This document shows, in pieces, positions 9,857 to 21,622 of a DNA stretch of 57,183 bases. Numbering within the stretch: position 1 is the stretch's first letter; every line of letters starts with the position of its first letter. The translations under genes and the position numbers were made by a program. This DNA is from an uncultured Pseudomonadota bacterium (GTDB lineage Bacteria > Babelota > Babeliae > Babelales > CAIQNR01): contig CAZMYL010000003.1 in the NCBI GenBank assembly GCA_964570505.1, positions 1 to 57,183 of the forward strand. The letters are read 5' to 3'. The notes beneath the pieces were generated by a model. It made no database searches. It had not been told where the DNA came from and saw only the letters and a program-made list of their open reading frames with translations.

Positions 9857-10822
9857 TTATAAAGATGAATTGTAGAATGCAAAAAATTGAATGAAAATTT
9901 TTGATTGCTTTTTAATAATTTTCCAAGATTTTGCTAGCTGATGAGAGCCGCCATTTTTTGATTGTATAAATCTTATAATTTCATTTAAAAAATTATTTGA
10001 TGAAGAAAAGGGGACAGAGTGCTCAATAAGCCATTTTTGAATAATTCTTTTTTGAATATAGAGATTGAGTATAAGTAATTTTTTTGTATCTAAAATTAGT
10101 ACATTTTGTTTTGAATCATAATATGTAATATCAGTATAGATTTTATCTACATAATCTTTTAAAAATGTTTCTGCGTTTTGGAGTTGAGTAATGCTTTCTA
10201 AACATTTTTTTGCAAAACGATCATCGCACTCTTGTAGTGCAGGAAGAGCTTTATGACGAATTCTATTGCGTAAATAATTATATGATGAATTAGTAAAATC
10301 TTCTTTATATGAATAATTATTTTTTTTAAAAAAATCTAAGATCTCATTTTTTGATATGTTTAATAATGGTCTAATATAATAGTCAGTTTTTTCTTTAATT
10401 CCGCAAAGCCCTTCCAGTGAACTTCCTCTTGAAAGACGAATAAAAAATGTTTCAAGTTGATCATCTTGATGGTGTGCGAGCGCAATTGCATCAGCATTAT
10501 AATCTTTTCGTATTTTTTCAAAAAAGTAACGTCGTAATTGTCTGCCAATATCTTCTTTTGATCCATTTTTTTGTGGAATAAAATCAAGTTCTGAAGCTTT
10601 TTTTGTGATAAAAGTAATATTTAAATCTTTGCATAATTCTGCACAAAATGCTGTATCAAGATGAGATTCTTTTCGCCATTCATGGTCAAGGTGCACTGCG
10701 TATAATGTTAATTTTTTTTCATCTTGTAGTTTTGCAAGTTGATATAACAAGTAGACTGAGTCCGCTCCTCCAGAAAGGCCAATAATAATTTTTGAGTTTA
10801 AAACTATAAGATCTTTATTCAT
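9857..10822 (-). CDS. tilS: tRNA(Ile)-lysidine synthetase
   Basis: SGGADS PP-loop, AHHQDDQLET, IRPLL, RNRIRH. Confidence 0.93.
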   Translation of the reverse strand: MNKDLIVLNSKIIIGLSGGADSVYLLYQLAKLQDEKKLTLYAVHLDHEWRKESHLDTAFCAELCKDLNITFITKKASELDFIPQKNGSKEDIGRQLRRYFFEKIRKDYNADAIALAHHQDDQLETFFIRLSRGSSLEGLCGIKEKTDYYIRPLLNISKNEILDFFKKNNYSYKEDFTNSSYNYLRNRIRHKALPALQECDDRFAKKCLESITQLQNAETFLKDYVDKIYTDITYYDSKQNVLILDTKKLLILNLYIQKRIIQKWLIEHSVPFSSSNNFLNEIIRFIQSKNGGSHQLAKSWKIIKKQSKIFIQFFAFYNSSL

Positions 10823-10842
10823 GATTAAAATTCAAGATTTAG

Positions 10843-11271
10843 CTATTTTTTGCCAAATATTTTATTTTCACGACCAAAACTTTCATCGCGAGGTTTATTA
10901 ATTAATGAAATATTTTTTAAACGTGTATTTTCATTATTTATAATAAGTCGAGTTCTTAGGGTGCGATGAAGTCTGTTAGATTCTGTTATTAATGTGAAAC
11001 AATAATTATTTGTTTCACATTTTGTTACATCGAATGTGGTTGCTATGCTTAAAGTATAAACAGTTGCACTTATAAGACTCAAACTAGCAGATCCTTTCAT
11101 AATTTCATTTGGTTTTAATATGAAATGATCAGGATGTTTGGCTTCAAATTGCAACGTTATAATTTGTGGAATGCTTGTTTTATTGTGTAGAGTAAATGTG
11201 GATTTTGTTTCACTTTGATTAGCACTTATGATTATTTGAAAGCAAAAAAATAAATTTAATAAGTATTTCAT
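10843..11271 (-). CDS. Secreted hypothetical protein
   Basis: MKYLLNLFFCFQIIISA signal; beta-rich module LHNKTSIPQ...FILKPNE. Confidence 0.7.
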   Translation of the reverse strand: MKYLLNLFFCFQIIISANQSETKSTFTLHNKTSIPQIITLQFEAKHPDHFILKPNEIMKGSASLSLISATVYTLSIATTFDVTKCETNNYCFTLITESNRLHRTLRTRLIINNENTRLKNISLINKPRDESFGRENKIFGKK

Positions 11272-11296
11272 GTATTTGTAAAAATTTAGGTGTTAT

Positions 11297-11337
11297 AAAA
11301 AAAGGGCTTTCCAAATATATGAAATAAGCCCTTTTTT
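11297..11337 (-). terminator. Intrinsic terminator after gyrB
   Basis: AAAAAAGGGCTT/AAGCCCTTTTTT inverted repeat with flanking A/T runs. Confidence 0.7.
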
Positions 11338-11359
11338 ATCTGATTATATTTAAAAATGT

Positions 11360-13792
<2,433 letters not shown>

Positions 13793-13935
13793 TCATTTAG
13801 TTTAGCGACTAAAATTGATATAATAACCATTTTAATTAATATCATTTTAATGTCATTATAGTGTAACTGAAGAACTATAATTTTGCCAAAATGTCTTTTT
13901 AAAATGCAAACAGTAATCAATCGCATAGGGGATTA

Positions 13936-14424
13936 ATGATGGATAATCAAAAAATAACCGATCAAGAATATATGAAGCAAGCTCTTGAGTTAGCATTTAA
14001 AGCATATGAAAAAGATGAGGTTCCAATAGGTGCGATTGTTACTGATGAAATGGGGAATGTTATTGGTGTTGGATATAACACAACTGAGCAAAATTCTTCA
14101 CAAGTTTTTCACGCAGAACTTGTTGCTTTAAGGGATGCGGGTTCTTTTAAAAATGACTGGAGGCTTGATGGTTGTACAATATTTGTTACACTCGAGCCCT
14201 GTTTAATGTGTGTAGGCGCAATTAAGTTGAGTAGAATAAAAAAAGTAGTGTACGGAGCAGATTCGCCTGTTTTTGGATTTCGTCTTGACAAAGATTGTTT
14301 TATTTCATTATACAACTGTGATGCTTTTGAAGTTAAATCGGGAGTTTTGCAAAAAGAGTGTAGTGAAATTTTAAAAAAATTTTTTCAAAAAAAAAGGATT
14401 GTCAGTGAAGGATGCAAAGAATAA
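13936..14424 (+). CDS. tadA: tRNA adenosine(34) deaminase
   Basis: EVPIGA, HAE, WRL, TLEPCLMC. Confidence 0.9.
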   Translation: MMDNQKITDQEYMKQALELAFKAYEKDEVPIGAIVTDEMGNVIGVGYNTTEQNSSQVFHAELVALRDAGSFKNDWRLDGCTIFVTLEPCLMCVGAIKLSRIKKVVYGADSPVFGFRLDKDCFISLYNCDAFEVKSGVLQKECSEILKKFFQKKRIVSEGCKE

Positions 14425-14776
14425 AAATAACGCTTTAGATGTTATTAAAAATTCATTACTTGGAAGAAAACAAGAGCTTGAAGCAGAACTTATAGATTTA
14501 CAATCAGAAAAATATGATGATCAAGTACAAGATCCTGCAGATCAAGCAAGTTCAGCAGTATTTGAAACTTTGCAAAATTCTATACAACATAATGAGCTTG
14601 CTGAATATAAAATGATTATAAAGGCGCTTGAAATGATAGAAGAGGGTACTTATGGAATATGTATTGACTGCGGAAATTCGATTTCAGAACGCAGACTTAT
14701 TTCTTTTCATAACGCATCGCGTTGTATTATTTGCCAAGAAAAAGTAGAAGAACAAGAAAAAAGTAAAGATTTTTAA
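14405..14776 (+). CDS. dksA: DksA/TraR C4 zinc-finger protein
   Basis: DPADQA (DxxDxA) coiled-coil tip; GTYGICIDC...RCIIC; probable GTG start 14405. Confidence 0.8.
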   Translation: MKDAKNKNNALDVIKNSLLGRKQELEAELIDLQSEKYDDQVQDPADQASSAVFETLQNSIQHNELAEYKMIIKALEMIEEGTYGICIDCGNSISERRLISFHNASRCIICQEKVEEQEKSKDF

Positions 14777-14819
14777 TCTTAAATTGATAATTTTAACTCA
14801 ATTCTAATAGTTGTTGTTA

Positions 14820-14847
14820 TTGACAATTAATGACTGTTTGATACCAT
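14820..14847 (+). promoter_or_regulatory. Putative promoter of rpsI-glmS
   Basis: TTGACA, 16-nt spacer, TACCAT, with a TGn extended -10. Confidence 0.55.
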
Positions 14848-14906
14848 TGCTGTACGTTATTTTCATTAAAAATGGCTCATTTAGGCTCATAATAAGGTAA
14901 AAGTTT

Positions 14907-15335
14907 ATGATCAAGGTAAAAACCAAAGAAGATGTTGCAGTAAAAGCTGGATTGCCAATTGGAGCAGTCGGTCGTCGTAAATCAGCAATAGCTCGTGTGT
15001 GGCTTCGTAAAGGTACAGGTGGAATCGCTATTAATTCTCTTCGCTGTGCAGATTACTTCAAAACAGACGAAACAAGAACAATAGCAATTAAGTCATTATT
15101 ATTGTGTGACGCAGTAAAGAGTTATGACGTTGTTGTTAATGTTCAAGGCGGTGGTCTTTGTGCTCAAGCAGACGCAATTAAGCTTGGAATTGCACGCGCT
15201 TTGGTAAAAGATAATGAGTCTTATCGCGCAATTCTTCGTGATCATGGTGCATTAACGGTAGATGATCGTAATAAAGAACGTAAAAAGCCTGGTCAGCCTG
15301 GTGCACGTAGAAAATTCCAATTCGTAAAACGTTAA
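14907..15335 (+). CDS. rpsI: 30S ribosomal protein S9
   Basis: GRRKSAIARV, GGGLCAQA, GIARAL, KERKKPG...ARRKFQFVKR. Confidence 0.97.
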   Translation: MIKVKTKEDVAVKAGLPIGAVGRRKSAIARVWLRKGTGGIAINSLRCADYFKTDETRTIAIKSLLLCDAVKSYDVVVNVQGGGLCAQADAIKLGIARALVKDNESYRAILRDHGALTVDDRNKERKKPGQPGARRKFQFVKR

Positions 15336-15371
15336 TCGAGATTTTTTCTCATTGTTTTGCAAAGGGGATGT

Positions 15372-17222
15372 ATGTGTAGCGTTGTCGGCTATGTTGGTTC
15401 TCAGAAAAGTCGTGCAGCTGTTTTGGAAGGTCTTAAAAGACTTGAATACAGAGGGTACGATTCTTCTGGTTATGCATGTTTAGATGAAAAAAATCATCAA
15501 TTAATGTATGTAAAAGCAGAAGGCGCGCTAAAAAACCTTATACGAATTTTCGATAAAAATCCTATAGATGGTCGAGTTGGTATAGGTCATACTCGATGGT
15601 CAACTCATGGGGCTGCCAATGAACAAAATGCGCATCCCCATTTTGATTGTCATAAAACAATTTCAATTGTTCATAATGGTATTATAGAAAATTATAATAT
15701 TCTAAAAAAACGTCTCATTTCAGAGGGACATGTTTTTCATTCAGAAACCGATACTGAAGTAATAGCTCATCTTATAGAATCAGAATTTCAAAAGAATTCT
15801 GGTATAACGCTTGCGCAATTAATGAGTCTTGTAGTTGCTCAATTGGTTGGTGCGTATGCATTTATGGTTGTGATGCAAGATTTTCCGGATACTATTATTG
15901 CCGTTAGAAAAGGTTCTCCTTTATGTATTGGCGTTGGAAATGGTGAAATGTTTGTTGCATCAGATGTTTTGGCTTTTGCAGGTAAAATTCAAAAAATTGT
16001 TTTTATGCCAGAAAAGACATTTGCGGTTGTCACTAAAGATGATATGCAGTTGTATGATTTTTTAGCAGCTAAGCAAGATTTTATAATTAAGCAATTAGAC
16101 GCTCAATGGATTACAGTAGAAAAAAATGGACATGAACATTTTATGCTTAAAGAGATTTATGAACAAAAAAGCGTGATTGAACGGTCTGTTAGATTTTTTA
16201 GAACACTGCAAGAAACATTTTGGACGTCTATTGGTTATAGCAAGGAACAAATACTTTCTTTAAAAAAAGTTGTTATAGTTGCGTGTGGAACATCGTGGCA
16301 TGCAGGCAGAATAGCCGAATTTTATTTTGATGAAATTATTGGAATTCCTGCAACAGCTGTACTTGCTTCTGAATTTAGATATAGGACTTTTTTCCCTCAA
16401 GAAAATGTTTTGTATATTGCAGTTTCTCAATCTGGAGAAACCGCCGATACGCTTGAAGCAGTTCGGTTTTTAAAAGAACATAATCAACATACTTTAGCTT
16501 TAACTAATGTTGCTTCAAGTACTCTTGTTCGTGAATGTGATGGGTTTTTGTTAACACAAGCTGGTCCTGAAATTGCTGTTGCATCAACAAAAGCATTTAC
16601 AGGACAACTTACAGCGCTTTATTGGCTTGCTAATAGAATAGCTTTAGAGCGTGCTATCATTTCTTATGAACGATTTGTTTTGGCAGAAGAAGATTTACTT
16701 CTTTCTGGTGTGCTTCTTGAAAATATGATCGAAAATTACAAACATCATATTATAGATGAGCTTGCTCCTTATTATGCAAATTTTGATAGATCGATATTTC
16801 TTGGTCGTCATATTACTTATCCCCTTGCTATGGAAGCTGCTCTTAAATTAAAAGAAATAGCGTATATTTTTTCTCAGGTATATCCGGCAGGGGAATTAAA
16901 GCATGGGCCTTTAGCTCTTGTTGATGAAAAAACTCCAGTATTTTTATTTTCTCATCCCGACCCAATTATTTATCAAAAAATGTTATCAAGCGCTCAAGAG
17001 GTTAAAGCAAGAAAAGGAAGGCTCTTGGTTGTTGCCTTTGCAGGACAAACAGAACTTATTGATCTTGCAGATGATGTTTTTGTTGTTCCTGAAGTGCTGC
17101 CACATCTTTCTGTTATTGCAATGATTGGTGTGATTCAAATTTTGGTATATCATATTGCTCGGGTTCGTGAATGCGATATTGACAAACCTCGTAATCTTGC
17201 AAAATCAGTTACTGTTGAATAA
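15372..17222 (+). CDS. glmS: Glutamine--fructose-6-phosphate transaminase
   Basis: Start at ATG 15372 gives the N-terminal catalytic Cys; LEYRGYDS, GHTRW, SQSGETADT, GELKHGP, PRNLAKSVTVE. Confidence 0.97.
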   Translation: MCSVVGYVGSQKSRAAVLEGLKRLEYRGYDSSGYACLDEKNHQLMYVKAEGALKNLIRIFDKNPIDGRVGIGHTRWSTHGAANEQNAHPHFDCHKTISIVHNGIIENYNILKKRLISEGHVFHSETDTEVIAHLIESEFQKNSGITLAQLMSLVVAQLVGAYAFMVVMQDFPDTIIAVRKGSPLCIGVGNGEMFVASDVLAFAGKIQKIVFMPEKTFAVVTKDDMQLYDFLAAKQDFIIKQLDAQWITVEKNGHEHFMLKEIYEQKSVIERSVRFFRTLQETFWTSIGYSKEQILSLKKVVIVACGTSWHAGRIAEFYFDEIIGIPATAVLASEFRYRTFFPQENVLYIAVSQSGETADTLEAVRFLKEHNQHTLALTNVASSTLVRECDGFLLTQAGPEIAVASTKAFTGQLTALYWLANRIALERAIISYERFVLAEEDLLLSGVLLENMIENYKHHIIDELAPYYANFDRSIFLGRHITYPLAMEAALKLKEIAYIFSQVYPAGELKHGPLALVDEKTPVFLFSHPDPIIYQKMLSSAQEVKARKGRLLVVAFAGQTELIDLADDVFVVPEVLPHLSVIAMIGVIQILVYHIARVRECDIDKPRNLAKSVTVE

Positions 17223-17234
17223 TAAAAACATTTT

Positions 17235-17504
17235 TTATTTTTTTGCTCCAAGTGCTTCTAGTTGAGCAAAATCAGTAGCATCAGGATTTATTAACGTTGT
17301 CTTTTTTGAATATGGAATTTGATATTCTTTGCATTTTAATTGTTCTTCAAATGTTAGTTCTGCTCCTGATTCAACTATTTTTTTTAATTGATTAGCTTCA
17401 AGCATTTTTTGTAAAAAGGTAATTTTTTGAGCAAGTGATTTGGTAGATACAGTTTCACTCTTTGAGCTACTGATGAGATCTTTTTGTGTTAGCATTATTA
17501 ACAT
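17235..17504 (-). CDS. Hypothetical protein
   Basis: 89-aa ORF exactly filling the gap between the S41 protease and glmS; start uncertain. Confidence 0.5.
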   Translation of the reverse strand: MLIMLTQKDLISSSKSETVSTKSLAQKITFLQKMLEANQLKKIVESGAELTFEEQLKCKEYQIPYSKKTTLINPDATDFAQLEALGAKK

Positions 17505-17521
17505 TAATAATTTTTTCCTTT

Positions 17522-18976
17522 TTAAATTTCTTGTAATTCTAATGTTTTATCGATGATATAATTTTCTTTTAAAAATGTTTTTTGCGCTTTGTATGAATTC
17601 ATATTTTGATTAGCTTTTTTACCAATAAATAATAAATCAATCAAATTTATTGTTGTTTGTAGTAAGTAGTTATTTGCTAAATATTCTTTTCGTTTTTCTT
17701 TCCATGGTTTGTCTTTATTACTATCTTTTTTAGTATTTTCTTTTTTCTTTTTATTTTTATTATCAAGAGTTATTGGCTTAATAGACCCTTTTAAAGCACT
17801 TTCTCTTCCGTAATGATCGGTCATCCATTTAACAGTTGCACTTGGAAGTGGTCGATCTTCAATAATAAAATCAGGTTCAATTCCTTGTCCTTGAATACAA
17901 GTATTTTTTGGTAAAAAATAGAGTGATGTTGTAAGTCTTAGTGCACCACCTTCTCTTAAGGGTATAACTTCTTGTACAGATCCTTTACCAAACGTTTGAG
18001 ATCCTACAATAAAAACAGAAATCTTATTACTTTCTTCTGCATACAATCTAAGCGATCCTGCAAGAATTTCTGCAGCTGATGCTGTGTAGTTATTAACAAT
18101 AAAAAATATAGGAAGAGCATGTATGTTTTTGAGTGGTTGTTTTTTTGTTTTCCATGTTTGTGTAATTTTGTGATCTCTGTTTTTTGTAACAACAACAGTT
18201 GTTCCTTTTGGTAAAAAAAGAGATGCAATGTCAATTGCTCCTTCAAAAAGACCGCCTGTATTATTGCGTAAATCTATAATGATACCTTTACATTTTTTTG
18301 TTTGTGCATGTTTAAGAAGATCTTCGATATGTTTTGCAGATTTTTCACCAAAAAGAGGTAAAAAAAGATAGCAAATATTTTGTTGTGGTAAATAGAAAGA
18401 AAGTGAAACTTCATCTTTAATGATGTCTCTTGTTACTTCTATATCAAGGGCATCTGGATATTTTTCTCTCATAATACGAAGTTTAACTTTTGTGTTGCGT
18501 TCTCCTTTTAATTTTCTCATAACTTCATCAATTTTTAATCCTTTAATTGCATTACCATCAATTTCTATTAATTTATCGCCAGCTTTAAGGCCAGCTTTGT
18601 CAGCAGGTCCATCGGGTATGATTTCTATAAAGGGTAATGCTTCTTCTTCTATTTCTTTATCACCCGGTAGAACTACTCCAATTCCATAAAATTCTCCACT
18701 CATGCTTGATGTTAAATTGACGAGTTCTTTTGCACTTAAATATCCTGAGTGAGGGTCTCTATGAACATATGCCTGAAGGGTATCTTCCATTGCTTGTGAA
18801 ATAATTTCTGGTTCTAATGTTTTATAGTAGCGATATTGCATTAAATTGATTACTTCGTTCATAGCAGAAGACATTTTTACAATATTTTGCTCAGAGTCTG
18901 TTAGTGTTGTTTTAACAATTTTTGATTCTATGTTTGAAAGAAAAAGTGATATGAATAAAAATGTTTTTTGTTTCAT
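17522..18976 (-). CDS. S41 carboxyl-terminal processing protease (CtpA/Prc family)
   Basis: DPHSGYL, PDZ domain (GIGV, GPADKAG), DLRNNTGG, TASAAEI, TFGKGSVQ; start moved to ATG 18976 (AAGGA upstream). Confidence 0.92.
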   Translation of the reverse strand: MKQKTFLFISLFLSNIESKIVKTTLTDSEQNIVKMSSAMNEVINLMQYRYYKTLEPEIISQAMEDTLQAYVHRDPHSGYLSAKELVNLTSSMSGEFYGIGVVLPGDKEIEEEALPFIEIIPDGPADKAGLKAGDKLIEIDGNAIKGLKIDEVMRKLKGERNTKVKLRIMREKYPDALDIEVTRDIIKDEVSLSFYLPQQNICYLFLPLFGEKSAKHIEDLLKHAQTKKCKGIIIDLRNNTGGLFEGAIDIASLFLPKGTTVVVTKNRDHKITQTWKTKKQPLKNIHALPIFFIVNNYTASAAEILAGSLRLYAEESNKISVFIVGSQTFGKGSVQEVIPLREGGALRLTTSLYFLPKNTCIQGQGIEPDFIIEDRPLPSATVKWMTDHYGRESALKGSIKPITLDNKNKKKKENTKKDSNKDKPWKEKRKEYLANNYLLQTTINLIDLLFIGKKANQNMNSYKAQKTFLKENYIIDKTLELQEI

Positions 18977-19069
18977 TAATGTTCCTTTTGCAATAAGTGA
19001 TTGATAAATGTGTAGCGTACACTGATTAAAAATATGATGTGAAGATCTTGTAAATAAAAGGGTGAAAAT

Positions 19070-19357
19070 ATGGTTATAACTAAGCAATTAGTATTGCGAG
19101 CATTGCTTTTGGTAGAGGTAATGAGCGCATCTATAATTTTTATTTTTGGTTCGCAAGGTATAATTGCTGTATCTAAAAAAAATGAAGAACATAAAAAATT
19201 AATAAATGCTATAGAATTAGAAAAACAAGAAATTATTTTTTTAAATAAAGAAATTCATAATTACAATTCTATTGATTTTTATAAAGAAAAAATTGCGCGA
19301 GAAGATTTGCAAATGGCGCGACCAGAAGAACAGGTGTATATTTTAGAAAATAAATAA
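19070..19357 (+). CDS. Septum formation initiator (FtsB/DivIC family)
   Basis: One TM, coiled coil, EKIAREDLQMARPEE motif. Confidence 0.75.
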   Translation: MVITKQLVLRALLLVEVMSASIIFIFGSQGIIAVSKKNEEHKKLINAIELEKQEIIFLNKEIHNYNSIDFYKEKIAREDLQMARPEEQVYILENK

Positions 19358-19391
19358 ATATATAAAAAAAGATTATTTTAAGGAGTTATAG

Positions 19392-20006
19392 ATGTATCAG
19401 TTACCATCGCTTCCCTATGGTTATGCAGCACTTGAGCCTTATATAGAAGCTCATATTATGGAATTGCATCATGCAAAGCATCAACAAGCATATGTTGATG
19501 GCCTTAATAATGCATTGGCGCAACATCCTGAATTATATCAAAAAAATTTAATTACATTATTACAAAATCTCTCATCTCTACCTGACGATATTAGAACGGC
19601 TGTCAGAAATCATGGAGGAGGTGTAGAGAATCATACTTTTTTTTGGGATAGTATGGGTCCTGAGTGCGGGGGGCTTCCTGTTGGAAGGTCTGCAGAGCAG
19701 ATACGTATATTTTTTGATTCTTATGATCAGTTTAAAAATATTTTTTCTACAGCGGCAAAAAATCGTTTTGGAAGTGGCTGGGTATGGCTTTCTGTTGATC
19801 CAAAAAACGAACATTTATTAATTACTTCAACTGCTAATCAAGATACTCCGCTTTCTGATGGTCTTACTCCAATACTTGGGCTTGACGTATGGGAGCATGC
19901 GTATTACCTTCAATATTTCAACAGAAGAGTTGATTATGTAACAGCATGGTGGAATGTAATCAATTGGGAAAAAGTAGAAGAGCGATATAGTAGTCTTATA
20001 AAATAA
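19392..20006 (+). CDS. sodA: Superoxide dismutase, Mn/Fe family (Mn-type signature)
   Basis: HHAKH, NHGGG..NH, FGSGW, TANQD, DVWEHAYY. Confidence 0.93.
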   Translation: MYQLPSLPYGYAALEPYIEAHIMELHHAKHQQAYVDGLNNALAQHPELYQKNLITLLQNLSSLPDDIRTAVRNHGGGVENHTFFWDSMGPECGGLPVGRSAEQIRIFFDSYDQFKNIFSTAAKNRFGSGWVWLSVDPKNEHLLITSTANQDTPLSDGLTPILGLDVWEHAYYLQYFNRRVDYVTAWWNVINWEKVEERYSSLIK

Positions 20007-20017
20007 AAGGAAGAATT

Positions 20018-20479
20018 ATGAAAAAAATATTGCTTACATTATGTATGTTTTCTTATGCAGGGTTATTTTCACAAGAGGTTTTGGACAGTTTTCCTGCAGA
20101 TGTTGATACAAGAGTTGTAGTTGATGAGCCCTTAGAAGTTGTTACACCAATAGTTGCTGTAGAAGAAGTTGATAGTGTGTGTGAGGATAAAGGCTTTTTT
20201 TGTAAATTATTTGAAGCTATAAAGAATTTTTTTAATAATCTTATTGATACTCTTAAAAATTTATTTTCACCATCTAAAGAAGCAGCAGTAGAAATGATTA
20301 TACAAACAGATGATGGAGATGTTGTTAATGCAGAAAATATCCCAACAGATCAAATGATGGTTTATGAAAATGTAGAAGATCAACCATCAGAAGAATCAGA
20401 AGATGATGCTTTAAAGTTGAGTAGCGCAAAAAGAAAAAATCTTTCACAAGAACCATTTTGGGTTCAGCAACGCTCATAA
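20018..20479 (+). CDS. Secreted acidic hypothetical protein
   Basis: AAGGAAG RBS, MKKILLTLCMFSYAGLFS signal, amphipathic helix FFCKLFEAIKNFFNNLIDTLKNLF. Confidence 0.7.
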   Translation: MKKILLTLCMFSYAGLFSQEVLDSFPADVDTRVVVDEPLEVVTPIVAVEEVDSVCEDKGFFCKLFEAIKNFFNNLIDTLKNLFSPSKEAAVEMIIQTDDGDVVNAENIPTDQMMVYENVEDQPSEESEDDALKLSSAKRKNLSQEPFWVQQRS

Positions 20480-20504
20480 ATATTTTTTATAAAATATTGA
20501 ATTT

Positions 20505-20529
20505 AAAGACCTTGAAAAAGGTCTTTTTT
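20505..20529 (+). terminator. Intrinsic terminator
   Basis: AAAGACCTT/AAGGTCTTT stem plus T-run. Confidence 0.65.
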
Positions 20530-20592
20530 ATTTGAGATAGTTTAAATTAATTAATTTTTTAGAATTTAATATTTTATTAATAGGAAATATTT

Positions 20593-21444
20593 ATGAAAAA
20601 AATAATTCTTTTTAGTGCTTTTTTGCCATTGTATAGTGGTGGCTTTAAAATTAAAACGTCTAAATTTTTAACTGAAGTTAAAGATCAATATAAATTTAAT
20701 ATAGAAGCAAGATATAAATCGAGTCCAACTTATATTACTAATGGTAATGGTCGATTTGTAAAATTTAATAAACCAAAACGAGGTGATATTTCTAGTAAAG
20801 AGTTTGAAGCTTTAAATAATAGAAATGAATATCTTATAAATAAAGAAAAATGGTATTTTCAGGATAATCAAAAAACAGAAAAATTTTCTCCTCAAAGATT
20901 TAATGATGCGGTATATCGTATTCGTCATATTGGTTCTGCAATTAGTGCGCCATTTCAAGTTGCTAGTCGAAAAATTTTAGGTACTTTTAAACAGCAAAGA
21001 GAAAAGCAAGACCAAATAAAGAGAGAAAAGCAAGAAGAGGTAAGAAAGGAACAAGTGTGGCGAAATTTTCAAAAAAGAAATGAAGAGCAAGCGAAAAAAG
21101 ACCACGAAGATTACTTACAACAGGAAAAAGTTTGGGCAAAAGAGAGAGAAGCGGATGCGAGAAAAAAGCAAGAAGAAGCAAAAAAACAACAAGAAGAAAA
21201 AGAGAAAAAGAAAGAAGAGGCAAGAAAACAACAAGAAGAGGCAAAGAGAAATAATGCATATAAAGAGTTGGCTCTTAAGTTAAAATTGTCACAAGATACT
21301 TCTCCAGATGCTATTAATAAAGCTTATAAAAAATATATGGTGCAGAATCATCCGGATAAAATTAATGATAAAAAACCAGAAGAGCAAGCAAAAATAACAG
21401 AAGACGTTGTTCAAATAAATGCTTTGTATAATGCTACAAAATAA
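20593..21444 (+). CDS. Putative secreted protein with an E/K/Q coiled coil and a C-terminal J-domain
   Basis: MKKIILFSAFLPLYS N-terminus; C-terminal AINKAYKKYMVQNHPDK...VQINALY matches J-domain helices II-III with HPD. Confidence 0.8.
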   Translation: MKKIILFSAFLPLYSGGFKIKTSKFLTEVKDQYKFNIEARYKSSPTYITNGNGRFVKFNKPKRGDISSKEFEALNNRNEYLINKEKWYFQDNQKTEKFSPQRFNDAVYRIRHIGSAISAPFQVASRKILGTFKQQREKQDQIKREKQEEVRKEQVWRNFQKRNEEQAKKDHEDYLQQEKVWAKEREADARKKQEEAKKQQEEKEKKKEEARKQQEEAKRNNAYKELALKLKLSQDTSPDAINKAYKKYMVQNHPDKINDKKPEEQAKITEDVVQINALYNATK

Positions 21445-21622
21445 GATTAATTGAATATTTTATATTGTGATTGCCGTGACTTAAGGATGAGAGAAAGTTA
21501 ATATTTTATTAATTTTTTTATCTATTCTGATCCTTATAATTGCTTTAATAAAAATTATAACCGGATATACTAGTTTTTATACTGTTTCATTAATCATATT
21601 CTAGATTTCCGGAGGCCTTGTT

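Noticed and set aside
15336..15371. glmS ribozyme
   Set aside because: Only 36 nt separate rpsI from the glmS start, too short for the ribozyme
15372..15392. GlmS begins MCSVVG instead of MCGIVG
   Set aside because: The catalytic Cys and all other motifs are intact; probably a tolerated substitution
21445..21622. T-box or lysine riboswitch before lysS; imperfect hairpins at about 21482-21536 and CCGGA/TCCGG near the RBS
   Set aside because: No T-box or L-box consensus. The first hairpin is AT-rich and may just terminate the upstream gene; the second pairing is too short to trust.
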